NCBI RefSeq assembly: GCF_009914755.1
Contig: NC_060947.1
DNA from: the human T2T-CHM13v2.0 reference genome, Homo sapiens
Direction: 5' to 3' (one strand)
Length of the DNA stretch: 64,000 nt
Shown here: positions 51,135 to 64,000 of the stretch, in pieces
Numbering within the stretch: the first letter of the stretch is position 1
Layout: each line of letters starts with the position of its first letter
Program-made: the position numbers and the translations under genes
The notes under the pieces: generated by a model
Told to the model about the DNA's origin: nothing
Databases searched by the model: none
The model's input: only the letters and a program-made list of their open reading frames with translations

Positions 51135-52509
51135 TGGTAAGCTGTATTTTCATGTTTGTTCATCTTATTTTCTCTTATAATATCTTATTTGACCCACTGG
51201 TATTTAAGAGTGTATTGTTTAATTTCCACATGTTAAAAAAATCCCAAATTTCTTTCTGTTGATGATTTATAATTTAAAACCATTGTGGATCTTCAACATA
51301 CTTCGTATTATTTTTAATCTTATTAAATCTATTGAGGCTTCTTTATGGCCTACTATATGGTCCACTTGCCATGTATTCCATTGGCACTGGAAAAGAATGT
51401 ACAATATATTTTATTGTTGTTCAGTGAAATGTTCTATAAAGCTCTGTTAGGTCTAGTTGGGATATAGTGTTGTTCAATTATTCTGTATTCTTCTTGATCT
51501 TCTGTATAGTTGGTCTTTCCATTATTGAAATTGGGATATTGCAGTCTCCAACTATTATTATGAGATAGTCTATTTCTTCCTGCCATTATATAAGTTATTG
51601 CTTCATGTATTTAGTGCCTCTGTGTATGGGTGCATATATATTTATAATCATAAAACCTTACTGATGGGTTAATCATTTTATCATTATAAAATATACCACA
51701 GTAATATGTGATTATTTATTTTAAAATCTCAGTAATAGGTGCTTATTTATTTTAAAATCTATTTTTGTCAATGTTAACATAGCCTCTCCAGCTCCTTTTT
51801 TTGGCCATTGTTTTAAGGAATATCTTTTTCCATCCTTCTACTTTCAATGCATTTGTGTATTTGAATCTAAATTTGTCTTACAAATAGCATATATTTCAAC
51901 CTTGTTTATAATTCAGTCTTACAATCTGTCTTTTGATTCAATTATGTAATCAATAATATGTAATGTTATAATTGACATGGCTTTATGTTTTCATGCAATT
52001 GTCCTTTTTTGTTTCTATATGTGTAATGACTACTCTTGTCCTGTATTCGTCTCATTGTCTTGAGTGGCTATTTTCTGTGCAACTTTTTCATTACTTTAAT
52101 AATTTTAAACTATATTTTTGAAATTTTATAGTGGTTGCTCTTGGGTTTTGAATATGTAGCTTAACTTATCAAAATTGACTTCATATTTACATAAACATAA
52201 TTCCAAAACACTTGCATTTTGATGTGATTGTAGTATTTATTAGCTTTGTTGTCTTAGGTAAGTCACTTTCCTCCCATGCAGATTGTAATTTTAGGTCTCA
52301 TATTAACAGATTTTCAAACCTTTGAACAGTTCAAAAGCTACACATTTTGTTAGCAAGGTTGGTCGACTTCTAGTGAGGAGTTTGCATCACAAAAGATAGA
52401 ATCCTTATATTTGCTCATGAACAAGATGATTTGGACAGAGTTCTGAGTGTACTACCAAATGAAGGTATGATTATAACTATTAGCCTAGAAATTATCAGAA
52501 TTAATGGAG

Positions 52510-52710
52510 GAATTATTAGCTGTGTGAGTTTGAGCAATTTACTTAAACTTTCTGTGGCTGATTTTTCTCAAGTATAAAATAGGAATAACAGTGACTACAT
52601 CATGGAGTTGTGCAAATTACGTAAATAAATATATGTAAAGGACTTAGAATATTACCTGACATGTAATAATGCTGACAAAATGTTTTCTACAGTCATTATT
52701 TTTATTGTTA
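52510..52710 (+). mobile_element. MIR
   Basis: tagctgtgtgagtttgagcaatttacttaaactttctgtggctgatttttctcaagtataaaatagg. Confidence 0.8.
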
Positions 52711-53125
52711 CCTTGAAATTTTTCTAACCTATATCAAACATGCAAAGTTCCTGGGCTTTTCCCAAAGTTCTTAGGTTAAAGTGTTCATTTTCTGTAACTA
52801 CCAACTCCACTTCTAGCAATGGAAACTTGTTTCCTAAGCTGGTTCAGTGAGTGAGCAGGAAAGCTCAGTTGTTTGAGAAAACACTAGGAAGTAAAGGTAA
52901 TCCAGTGTTAAGGATGAGCTAAAAATCTTGTAGGGAATTTGCTTGAAAATAAATTTTACCCCCTTTCAGAGACTTAGTGTCCTAAATGAGCTGATGGGGA
53001 ACCTGGCCTTGTGATCCTTTTTTCCACTGAAGCAAAAAAGAAGATTGTATAAAAAAGAAATGGCTGCAGGATCCAGGATTTTGCCTTTCTTTGTTTCCTG
53101 GAAGACTTCAATATATCCGCTAATT

Positions 53126-53204
53126 AGAGGTTGCAGTGAGCAGATATTGCACCACTGCACTCCAGCCTGGGCAACAGAATGAGACTCTGTCTCAGAAAAA
53201 AAAA
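53126..53204 (+). mobile_element. Very short 5'-truncated Alu (3' end only)
   Basis: agaggttgcagtgagc...gagactctgtctc plus A tail; TSD atatatccgctaatt / agacatccactaatt. Confidence 0.9.
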
Positions 53205-54059
53205 GACATCCACTAATTAATGCAAAGTTAGTAATTAACTGGCTCCCTTTCCCTAGAACATGGTCCAGGTACTGTGTTCACTTAAAGACTATCAGAGTTA
53301 CCAAAACTGTTAGCTGGAATGATACAGGCATGGTTAAAATCCTTTGGTTACATTTATACTGTTTCTAGGGAACCTGGCATAGTGCTGAACTACTTGCACT
53401 ATGGGTGATTTCACCCAGTCCTTTGATATTGTTGGCAGAAAGAAAAATTAATTTGGGTTTGAAGTGTGAAGGTCCCAAGCATCTGGTTGTTCTTAATCAA
53501 ATGTGTAAATTTCCAGTTGGAAGTTAGTCATATTTCAGTTACTTTCTTTTCAAACAGATAAAAAAATGAAATGCATATTCCCCCAGACAGTTCTGAATGC
53601 ACTTTTTAAGCGACATATTCATTTCCTCCCCCAGTAGCATAGACATCAAAAACTCAACGAGTGTCTTTTTTTTAAAGAACATTTTGAGTTAAGTTTTACA
53701 GATATAAACTGGCTGATTGGAGAAAACCCTGGGAAGACTTTTGTTTTCCCCCTTCCACCTTACAAATGTTAGAGCAAGCAAAACTATAAGGTTTGCAGCA
53801 ATAAGTGAGTTAAAGGAAAAAGGGGATGGTAGTGGATAAGCCTTAGTACTTTCTTGTTAATGGGATTTTTTTTTCTTTATTTGTGTGTATTCTTTGGCCT
53901 AAAATAATATCTTGGTGTAAATTTGTGCAAAAATGGGCAAAATGATGCATGTTTTCAGCTGATAAGTAAAAAAAGTCTAGTTGTTGCTTTGGTTGGGTAA
54001 AACAGAAGGTCAGGGAGAATAATTTTTTGCAAACACCACTATCCTTTTTGGATTAAGCA

Positions 54060-54450
54060 GATATTAATCCTATCCTCTTGGAGTTTACAGTTGGGAGAAA
54101 TCAATGTTAATAAAATTGTCACACAAACAAATTACACAACGGTATGTAAAATTATACCAGTAAAAAATGCAATACATGAAAGGTCCATGATGCTATAGGA
54201 CATATAGTATGTGGATATGACCTAAATGAGGGGTTAAGGAAGGATTCCCTGAAGGCGTGATTATTGGGATAGGATTTGAAGGGAGAATAAGGATTAAACT
54301 GGTGAAAGGAAGATTAGAGAGGGAGGAGAGTGTTCCAGGCAGAGGAAATAGCACTTAGAAATATCCATGGCATGAGTGATCCTATCTCATTCTAGGGGCT
54401 GGAAGAGGATCAATGAGGCTGAAACTCAGAAGGGAGGAAGACTGATGCTA
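54060..54450 (-). mobile_element. L2
   Basis: cctcttggagtttacagt...ggaaggattccctgaaggcgtga...tgttccaggcagaggaaatagc. Confidence 0.7.
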
Positions 54451-56399
54451 AAAGAGCACGTGACCCAGTGACATTGTAAAAGATCTGCTACATTGGTGAG
54501 ATTAATCAGCAAAGTACTTGTGTCCTTGAGGGAGAAATGAAGACAGAAGAATTGGAAAACTTATGGCTATTAATTTGAAGAGGAGAAAGGTAGTGAGCTG
54601 ATCATATAGACAGACAGTGATCATGACTATAGGTTAACCCTTCAATCACTATAGTGCATTGAGTTGCTACAGTAAAGTACTCCTCTCAAAAGCTTTTCTC
54701 CTTACCCTTATTTTCCCTTTACAAACTGGTCTCCTTCTCACCTACTCTCACTTTACATCTTCTGCATTTGATCACTTTGCTCTGCCCACCTAGAAATATA
54801 TCCCCTTCCATTCTTGGTTTATTTAATACTGAATCATCCACCAAAATGTGGCACAAATCCCACTTCTTCTAAGAAACCCTCCTGGCCCTATCCATGGGAC
54901 TTCATCTCCATCCTCTGATCTATTACAGAACTCAATCTCCATATAACTGCCTTGGTATTTTTTTTTTCAAAATTTACCTTTGGTATCCCACTTTTTTCAT
55001 GTGTCTTTGTGTCCCTACCTAGACTCTGGCATACTGCAGGGTAGAGACTGTATCTTTCGCCTGTGGACTGACAAATGCACCGAGTACTGGTCTAGGATGA
55101 GAGTTGGTAAAAGACCATTTATAAAGACACAGACAATGTCAGCAACTGACAGAAATAGACATATTTGAGATAAGCAGAGAGGGGAATAAAAAGAACAGAG
55201 ATGGGCGGTGGGATGGAGAAGAGGAAGCAACAGAGAAAGTGTTTTTTTAGAGCCAGTTACAAGTAATAAGGCTAGTGTCAGCTTCACACTAACTTGTTTA
55301 CTGGCCTCCACTGATAGTGAGAAGAGCCACAATAGAGCTGAACAAATAGGGAGAATAAACAAGCTTGAAACATGCCCTACTTGGGAGGCAGCTTAATTAC
55401 ACAAACTGAAGTTCTGAAGCAAATAGAGGATCCTCCAAGACTCCAGGGGCTCTGCTCTGCCAAGAGAAAGAAAGCACCTTATCCCTGGGCAGAGAATTTC
55501 ATTCCAGAGGAGGGGGAGGGGCTGCTGTTGGTGGCTTTTGCAGTGGGTGGAGATAGAGTAGAGAAGGCTTGCAGGGGTGGGCTGGCAGAGGGGAAGGGCC
55601 AACAATGAAGTTACAGATGGATGAGTGGGTTTCTGCCACAAAATCAGATCAAGGAGAGGGAGGTGAAGAGGAAAATATAGGGAGGAAAAAAAAAAAGAAT
55701 TGTGAGTGACCAAGGCAGTAAACCTGTAGATAATTAGAAAAGAAAATCTTGCCATGGGGGAGGTGGGCGGAGGTATACAGTTGCAGATAACTCTCTATTG
55801 TAAATAGATTGCATCTGTGCTATTTATTTTGTATTTTAGCAAATCTCTGAAATTTTCATGGTAATTAGACTTACTGCGAGGCAGTTACTTGAGAAGTGTA
55901 GACCCTCCTTTTGCTACAGAACACTCCCTAGTCCTTGGAAGGTGGGTGTCAGAGCTCTGGGACCCTAGTACATCTCTATCTGAGGGCACTTATCTGGCTT
56001 AAGTGAGTGTAGTATTAAAATTTACTTTATATTTTTGTGATGGTGGGAGATTGAATTTTGCACAGTGTGATAGGAATATTTTTATGGTACCTTTCATTTT
56101 TGCCTTTTCCTTGCCCCCTACTTATTATTATCAATATTGTTGTAATTATTTTAAACAAGTAGGAGCGACCATGGTATGCATAATTGAAACACTCCTCCTT
56201 GTTTGAAATGTTGTCTCCTCCTCTGCAGTCCTGCGGCAAAGACAGGCACACAGGCTTTCTCTGTGGATTAATTGGTCAGGAAAGACACTTTTTATATTGT
56301 CAAGTGGCACTTAAGCCATTAATTCTTGACTGTGAAACTGCTTTTCCTGGGCAATGCTCTTTAAGGAAAAACTTATTCAGTCCAGTGACTGGTGACTAA

Positions 56400-56520
56400 G
56401 GGAACGATGGAGCACAGGGAATTGGGCGGGATCTAGACTCCTAATAATGCCTCCTTAGCCAATGAAAAGCATTTCCTATTGAGACCCCCAAGAGTTCCCC
56501 TGGCCGTCGGCTCCAGCTCG
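56400..56520 (+). promoter_or_regulatory. LPAR4: Probable LPAR4 core promoter
   Basis: Inverted CCAAT (attgg, 56421) overlapping a GC box (gggcggg); second CCAAT at about 56459; local CpG enrichment in repeat-free sequence. The TSS position is inferred. Confidence 0.6.
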
Positions 56521-56703
56521 GACTCCAGGCCTTTTTGTGTCCTGTTTGCTAAAGGCATGCGGGCTACAGCATTCAAGAGAGGGAGTCGTTAACAAAGGGA
56601 AAGAGATAAATGTAAATAAGCTCACATTTACAGAATGAGCGGTTTGCAGTAAAAAGCTGCGGCAGCCCAGAGTCTGCTACTTTAGGCTGGGCTAACCTTT
56701 CCC

Positions 56704-56741
<38 letters not shown>

Positions 56742-56846
56742 ATAAAAATATGCACTTCCAAAGGGCGAGTTGCCCATTTACATGTTTATTAGCTAATTAT
56801 CTACAGGCATCAGCACATTCTCTCATCTAGCACACTCTTTCTTGGG
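56520..56846 (+). other. LPAR4: Probable non-coding first exon of LPAR4 (5' boundary uncertain)
   Basis: Near-consensus donor GGG|GTAAGT at 56846/56847 downstream of the promoter motifs; pairs with the acceptor at 63602. Confidence 0.65.
56707..56738 (+). repeat. A32 mononucleotide tract
   Basis: Uninterrupted A run with no adjacent Alu or L1 body. Confidence 0.95.
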
Positions 56847-59800
56847 GTAAGTTTCTCTTTTAAAAAGATTTGATTTTGGCGTTTGGGGGTGGGGGATAGC
56901 ATAACAAACTACAGTGGAAACACTGATGCTTTGAGAGTGTAAGGAAAGAAGTTAGACTTCAACTCTGAAGTACTGAACAAGGATCTTCGTGATGAATGGT
57001 AAAAAACGAGAATTTCCATTGTTTTGGCAATAATATTGTTTCCGTGGAAGACATACAGGATTTTCAGGCTGCTGTTTCATGTAAACACAGTTGTTCTAAA
57101 GAGCTAATTTAAAATCACAGTGTAGAACAATTTAGAAAGTATGTCGACTAGCTTTGTATTTCTTTGGTTTACAGTTTATTGTGCGCTAACGTGGCTTGTA
57201 TTATGATGAGGTTTCTTCTAGTAAAACTATACATGACATGTCTTTGATGCTTAATTGATTTATGGAGAATGTGACATTTGCTATATTGAATAATTCATGA
57301 ACTTGCCCATAAAGGAAGAATCATGTTTGAATGAAAAACTCTGTCATAAACTGAATTTGCAATTATATGTGAAATTAATTGCTGTTTGCCATACAAATGC
57401 ATCAATGTGTCATCTTTAAACTCTCTTCTTGTAAATTTTAAATATTTTCAGTAAAAAGGTCTTATTGAGTTGCTAAATACAGTATTTCAGTTACCTTTTA
57501 AAAGGAAATTCAGCAATGTAATTTATCATTATTTCAGTGTGGAAAAGACCAGACAAATTCAAAGGTTAGAATATTTCAGAGCTTGGTGGGGTTATTCACT
57601 TTGCTACCTTACAAAATTATACCATCTTTCTTTATCTTGACTAACATAAAGACAATAATAATAACCTGAGATCCAGATTACCCAATGGCTTTGCAACACG
57701 TTTATTTTTCAGAACAAAATTCCCAACATCATATCCCATCAACATAGATTATAAAACCTTTTGCCTTGTCACAGATGAAAAGTTGCACTCTTGCCAAGAA
57801 GGATGAGTTCACCTGATAAACTTGATGGCATCTACATTCTAAAGTCTCTCCTGCCAATCAGAGATGGGAATGAAAGCCTTATTGGAACAATCAGGCCAGT
57901 CTTTCAGAATGTGTGCTCTCTGCAAGTTAAAGGGAGAACCAGGAAGATGCCTCACAGAAACATTCAGGCCAAGCTTAGCTAAAGCTTGATCTATTCAATT
58001 GCCTTTTGGGAAAATGCAGTGAGAATTGTTGCCCTTGCTGTGGTTTGTTCAGCGCCTAATTGTGTAGCTACCTTTTGTCTGTGAATATGATCATCACATA
58101 TAGTCTGCCCTTGGCCTTCTTGTTGGGGGAAGAACAAAACCTGTAATGTGTTTGCGAATATTAGTACTGAAAATTGGGAGCCCAATAAAAGGTTACCTAC
58201 CACTGGGAATCCACCTTTACTTTAAGCGGATAAATAATCAGTTATCAGAACAATGTAACGGGTAAATGATCTAATGATTCTACATGGTTATGTCCTGAAA
58301 TATGCCGATAACCTCATATTCTGAGGGGTGAAGTGACCAGGAAACAGGTGGGAAGGGTTGAGGGTTGAGACCTAAACAATTAGAGGTGATATGCCTGCTG
58401 AAATGAGCACAAGGACAGAGGATGAGGAAAATAAGGGAATTTGGAAGACTTTAGGATATTAGTGGCATCTTTCTCTGTGATTCTTAGCTTCCGGTATTAA
58501 TTAATACTATTTATTTCTAATATTCAAATAAATCTAGCAATCATTTCATTAAGTCTAATAAAAATTAATGACCCTCCTTGCTTGCAGACTTTGAGGAAAT
58601 AAAAAATGTTTTACAGTGGCCAATGTAAGCAGGTGAAAATAAATGATGGAAAAGAACAGCCAGTAAGGCCACCAGCATGGCACTCATTGAAGGTTGCTTT
58701 TCTGTCAGTCAAGACTGAAGATTAAAGGAGAAGAGAAACTGAGACTCAGAAATGGACTGTGACTTGCTCTCACAGAGCTCGTGATGGGGCTGGATGTGTC
58801 TATATTTAATTAATATCAGTTATAAAAACTTCTGGGTATTTGAACTTCCTAATTTGCTTGGATTTTGAATAAAAGGTTTTTTGTATAATCGTTATCAACT
58901 GTGAAAGGCATAAAATAATGTTAATGCTTCTGTTTTCCTTTACGATAAACCAATAAAATGGAATAAAATATTCATTTCATTCCAGGAAGACAGATTTCTG
59001 GAGGAGTGTGAAAATCAACTCTCCTTAATATTAAGGTGATCTCAATGTATCTTAAATTATCTAATCATTGTACTTATTTTGTTTTTTTAGATTATAGAAA
59101 AATCATTTCAGGAGAGTTGTAATACTATTTAGAAGTTTGCTTTGTTTTAGGCTACCTCTGTTTAGAAAAGGATGAGATGTAACAATAGTGTACGTTTGGA
59201 GCTAGGGGATGATTCTACTTTACAGATGGAAGCACTGTAATGGGTAAATTCTAAATGCGGTTGCTACTCCTAAGAATTCCATCGCAGAGTATTTCTGGTT
59301 CTATACAAATATTTTGTGCAGAGTTTGAATTGGAGATGTTACAGACATGCTATATTGGGTAGGCCTAGGACATCCTGGTAAAGGTGCAGTGATTGTCAGT
59401 CAGTGTTTGAATTGAAGCCTTGATCATATCACTGTAGTTCAGTGGAGAGAGAAATTGTGTGGGGTGTAGGTAAAAAACAAGACAGTGGAGTCTCCACCTG
59501 TTGTTCCAGTCATCTTTCCTCTTCCCTCTTCCCTTATTAAGGACCCTGCCCAATGGTAACAGTTGTTGCCAAGAAAAGAAAAAAAGAAAAAAAAAAGACC
59601 CAATGTAAGTTCATGCCAAAACAAAATTCTCCTTTGTTTTGGTATTTTTAATGTAATGCATTACCTTATGGAAGTGGAGGAAATATTTTTATGTCTTTTG
59701 TCACTCATTATCTTTAAATTATTATAGGTTACCACATATGGATTTTATGCACTAGTGTTTAGTCAATACTACTAAAAAAATATAGCACAGCAGTGACAGG

Positions 59801-62800
59801 TTGGAAAATACATTGTTATCTGCAATTCTGTAATAATGAAATCCAATGCATGTAAATACCATTTTAAAATTTATTGGGTCTCATTTACTCTGGTTTATAT
59901 CATATAATACTTTTTCTGTCTTATGATCTTCTATAAGATCATTTTATTGAAAATATACATTTTATTGAAAAGCTATCAGCTCTCTTTATGGCACACTATT
60001 ATGACTATTTCTATTTCACAGCACCCATTGGAGGAAATCTCTAACTACAGTGCCTCCAGGAAACTCATTGGTTATTCCAGTCTTAGATAAAATTGGTGCC
60101 AGGATTTGGTTCGAACTAATGTGGTGAGTCCTACCCTCCTGAAAATTACTGAAATAATAATAATAACCTGAAAATGTGTAGAGAAACTGCAAATTCCTAA
60201 TTTAATTCTCCAACTTTTGTTGTAACAAATAGTTCCAACTTTTTAAAGATTGTATCATCCGAAGATCTAGAATGGATGGAGGAATTGTAATTTGTTATAA
60301 TCCAGGCAATTTTGATGAAGATGAATATTGATTCTTTAGCTCAACCCCTCTCTGCCACTGGGATTTACCTTTAGATATGGGAGACTCTTTTTATTGCTAT
60401 TATCAGTTTCAGTGTCTAAGTATATCACATGAATTGGTGTCCAAATTGATAACTGATTTACCTGTTCAAATATATGGAATAATGTCAAAATCCTGGCTGG
60501 TATATATGACCCTTACAGAAATTGGAAATGAGTTATTTTGGGAACACCCAAAAATTGTCCCCAAAGATCTGGGGCTTCTGCTGAGATGAGATATTGAGTC
60601 TCAAGACTCAAGACAATTTTATAATATTAGGTTGAGCAATTTACCTGTAGTTTTCTTACTCTGTAACTAAGTACTAGGGAAAATTCTACTTTAGTAGGGC
60701 TGATGCAATCTTTGGCCCCATCATGTTGAGCACCAGACCACATTATTTCCCAAAGATTGGACTGTGTTATCAAGTGAAGTGTTAATAAGAGACTGAAGTA
60801 TTTTTTTTCTTTTTTGATGAAAAGAAAAAAAAATATCAAGTTAATCACTGAGAACAGGATTTTATCAAATTGAGGCCCATATCAGTTTCCTGTTTTCCTC
60901 AAATAAAATGGAGAGACAAAGCAGCCTTAATAATCTTAGTGAAAACCAGATTAGGTGTAGATAAGCCACTTTTAAAAGGCTATTTCTTGCATCAAAAATA
61001 AAAGAGGTTGATTTAGATCAATTTCCTAGCTCCATTCTTGAGTGAAACATTTATCTATGGTTCCCTCCATATGGAATGCCATAAAGCTAGGTTTTGTTTC
61101 AAAAACTATTATGAAGCATCAACCAATGTATAGGAACACTGATATAAAACCTGTATGAGTGTGACCTATGCCTGTGACTTGACCTAGAGTCTTATCTGTT
61201 AGAAACCACTAATTTGAGAAGCAACAGTCTGAACATATTCCCTATCGCTCCAGCAGGATTGTTTTGAGCTGTATTTTTCACAACATTTGTGTATTTTTAA
61301 ATCTGCTTCACTGCTAAGTATCTATACATAAGAACACAATAGATTTCATCTTCCTCTGAAAACTATTGTGTCAACTTTCATAAACTTTGACCAGAGTAGA
61401 ACAAGGAAATGCTCTGGGGATCAGAAGCACTCTGACCTGGCCTGCGCTTATTAAAAATGGAGCAAAGCAAAAATAATTTTAGTATACTCTGCCTTCAAGG
61501 CCTTGTCTTCCTGAGCTCTGGACTGTCCTCTGTAGGGAGCAAAAGCAAGTCAGCTTTTCTAGGGTACCGGGCATATTTATGCCAGAAGTTGGAGCTTTGT
61601 TTTCAATGTATGATCTGAAAGTTTAGCACTTCATGAAGTGAAGTGATTTGGTTATTTATCCTTATAGGGCCAAAAGGCTAACTTTACTTCTTCCAGGAGC
61701 CTTAAGGACCCCAAATATGGTATACCTGTATTTTACTATCATTAGAAATTTTTTAAAAAAGAGGAAACAATTGTGGCCACTCTGAATTAGCTCCAGGTGT
61801 AGATTGAAGTTAAAAGTTGAGGGTCAGATTTATTTTTGGTCAACCTCCACGGGACCTGCTTCCTGTCCATTGTCAATAAAAATGCAGCTACCCAACACTC
61901 TCTGACACCCTTAGGTGATTAATTGTCAGAATAATTGGGAGCAGAGGTTTGCAGAAGACAGTAGTTTAATGCTCCTTGCAGTGGAAAATGTAATTAACTG
62001 CATCAGCATATATTTTTCCTTCTTCATTTCATCTGAAGCTCAAGTGTTGGTCCTTTGCCTCTATTTAGTGCACAATATGTTGGCTATTTAGGAAGATCTA
62101 ATAGTTAGAAATGCTGTTTCTTTTAGTCAAAAGAAAGGAAGCCAGTAAGAAAAGAGGCTAATATTGATTCTTCTTCAGAATCATCTCAAGAGCCAAATGT
62201 CTTTCTGGTTTTTTAATCATACCTGTATGGGAAATATTACCTTGAGGGCACACTCCTGGATTGTCCTGTTTGAGTAAATTGTGTAGTTAAGGCTGAAACT
62301 CAAGGGGAGCTTTCTGAGGCACAAGGTATACATGACACTAGAAGGATGTGTTCCTAATGTGAACTTCAGTATACCAAAAAAGACAGAAATATAAAGTTAC
62401 AGTTGTTTCAGGAAGGGAGGAAGAAACAAACTTACATAATGTTTCTCTGTAGTTAGGTAGGGCCGAATACTAGCAAGCTCATAAAGCAATTCACAAGCCC
62501 TATTGAATCTTCCTAGCTTTAGCTGTGAGGCTTAGAGGTAAAGTTTATACAAGGAAGAGAGAGAGTATAGCCAAGTTACAGAGTGAACCAGTGTCTGAGT
62601 CAGAAATAGAACTCCTTGCTTCTAATGCTGTGTTAAGTCCCAGCGCCACACCCTCACTTCTAGACGGCAAAGGTGGTTGTGTGTTCAAGCAATGGGAGCT
62701 ATGAATAGGGCCACAGTGGCAGTTTTCCCATGCCCTCTCTTCAGGATTGAGAATGTAATGTTTTCTTGTCTGTCCTTTCTCTCCCACAAAGTTTGATTAC

Positions 62801-62884
62801 TCAGAGCAGCAGAGCAGAAGTGCCAGGCATTTGCAGGCTGCTTGCTGTGGGTGTAATATATATGTTCCTGGAAACATAAAACTG

Positions 62885-63025
62885 AAGTGAGGGGATGGAT
62901 GTGTTAATTAGCTTGACATAATCACCTCATGTAGTATACATATATTAAAACATCGCCTCGTACTTACATAAATGTAGTTCAATTATGATTTGTCAGTTAA
63001 ACATAATGCAAATAAAAAATAAAAT
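62885..63025 (+). mobile_element. L1MA-type 3' end fragment in the LPAR4 intron
   Basis: gatggatgtgttaattagcttga...tatacatatattaaaacatc...caattatgatttgtcagttaaa. Confidence 0.7.
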
Positions 63026-63602
63026 GATTGAAATCATAAAAAATCTGAATGGAAAACTGGGGAGATCTATTTGAAATGTATCAACTTGAGACTCACAAAA
63101 TAATATATAGCCAGTGAGCTAGAATCATGCTGTGTAAAAGGATCACTAGTGGGCAGACTGGAGGGACTCTGGGCAGAAGGGAAAAGCCTTCCATTATAAA
63201 AGCATTTTCCAAATAAAATAATTATACTGGCAGTACTTATTGTAGAAGATAAGTTCAAGCCGATCATAGTGAATAAAGCCTGACTTTAATGTTAGAGGTT
63301 TTGCAGTCCCATAAATGCTGTTTTAACTATCATTTTATATTTTTGGACTCTTGAGTGACCTACACCTTAGTTACATTTGCAATGCTATAGTATTGCACTT
63401 ATTGTATTGAGTGTGAGCTTTCCTGCTCCTGCAACATACTCTTGTAGTACCTTTAAATATATAATAGATGTTCAAAAAATACTTGTCAAACCAAATGGAA
63501 TGTGCATGTTTTCTTCCAATCTGGGTGGACAGAATATCTTATTACACAGAAATCATGGATGGAAGGCAAATTTGATTATTTGTTCCATCTTGTCTCTCAT
63601 AG

Positions 63603-63681
63603 GAGGAAAATATTTCCTACCGGTCCATAGTGTCAGAGTGGTGAACCCCTGCAGCCAGCAGGCCTCCTGAAAAAAAAGTCC
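63603..63681 (+). other. LPAR4: 5' UTR part of the LPAR4 coding exon
   Basis: Pyrimidine tract and acceptor tgttccatcttgtctctcatAG|G; no ATG; in-frame TAG at 63628 upstream of the start codon. Confidence 0.75.
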
Positions 63682-64000
63682 ATGGGTGACAGAAGATTCA
63701 TTGACTTCCAATTCCAAGATTCAAATTCAAGCCTCAGACCCAGGTTGGGCAATGCTACTGCCAATAATACTTGCATTGTTGATGATTCCTTCAAGTATAA
63801 TCTCAATGGTGCTGTCTACAGTGTTGTATTCATCTTGGGTCTGATAACCAACAGTGTCTCTCTGTTTGTCTTCTGTTTCCGCATGAAAATGAGAAGTGAG
63901 ACTGCTATTTTTATCACCAATCTAGCTGTCTCTGATTTGCTTTTTGTCTGTACACTACCTTTTAAAATATTTTACAACTTCAACCGCCACTGGCCTTTTG
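63682..64000 (+). CDS. LPAR4: Lysophosphatidic acid receptor 4 (GPR23/P2Y9), class A GPCR, first 106 codons; runs off the window
   Basis: MGDRRFIDFQFQDSNSSLRPRLGNATANNTCIVDDSFKYNLNGAVYSVVFILGLITNSVSLFVFCFRMKMRSETAIFITNLAVSDLLFVCTLPFKIFYNFNRHWPF; sequons at N15, N24, N28; TM1 Asn; TM2 NLAxxD; ECL1 WPF. Confidence 0.97.
   Translation, partial: MGDRRFIDFQFQDSNSSLRPRLGNATANNTCIVDDSFKYNLNGAVYSVVFILGLITNSVSLFVFCFRMKMRSETAIFITNLAVSDLLFVCTLPFKIFYNFNRHWPF

Noticed and set aside
56707-56738. A32 as the tail of a processed pseudogene or Alu
   Set aside because: No upstream element body and no TSD seen.
63377-63670. 97-aa ORF overlapping the LPAR4 acceptor as an N-terminal extension
   Set aside because: Different frame from the CDS, non-ATG start, mostly intronic, and the CDS frame has a stop at 63628.

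Overview
Mammalian, almost certainly human, genomic DNA: AT-rich, CpG-depleted and full of primate Alu, L1 and MaLR elements. The window ends inside the coding exon of LPAR4 (GPR23/P2RY9, Xq21.1). The CDS starts at 63682 and is missing from the ORF track because it has no stop inside the window. A probable promoter and non-coding first exon lie at about 56.4-56.85 kb, and this leader carries an A32 tract and several uORFs. The first 55 kb is intergenic and dominated by transposons: a nested L1 stack at 22.8-31.4 kb, a near full-length antisense L1MA with a THE1D insert, a complete MSTB LTR-int-LTR element, eight Alus, a MADE1, and MIR/L2 relics. The least obvious signal is a heavily decayed minus-strand Ty3/Gypsy-like element at about 1.6-9.3 kb (gag, Zn knuckle, protease, then RNase H and integrase, with RT missing), broken up by later insertions. 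I read it from degenerate motifs by eye and it needs an HMM check. No CRISPR, tRNA or rRNA was seen. Subfamily calls are from remembered consensus sequences, and boundaries of old repeats are approximate.
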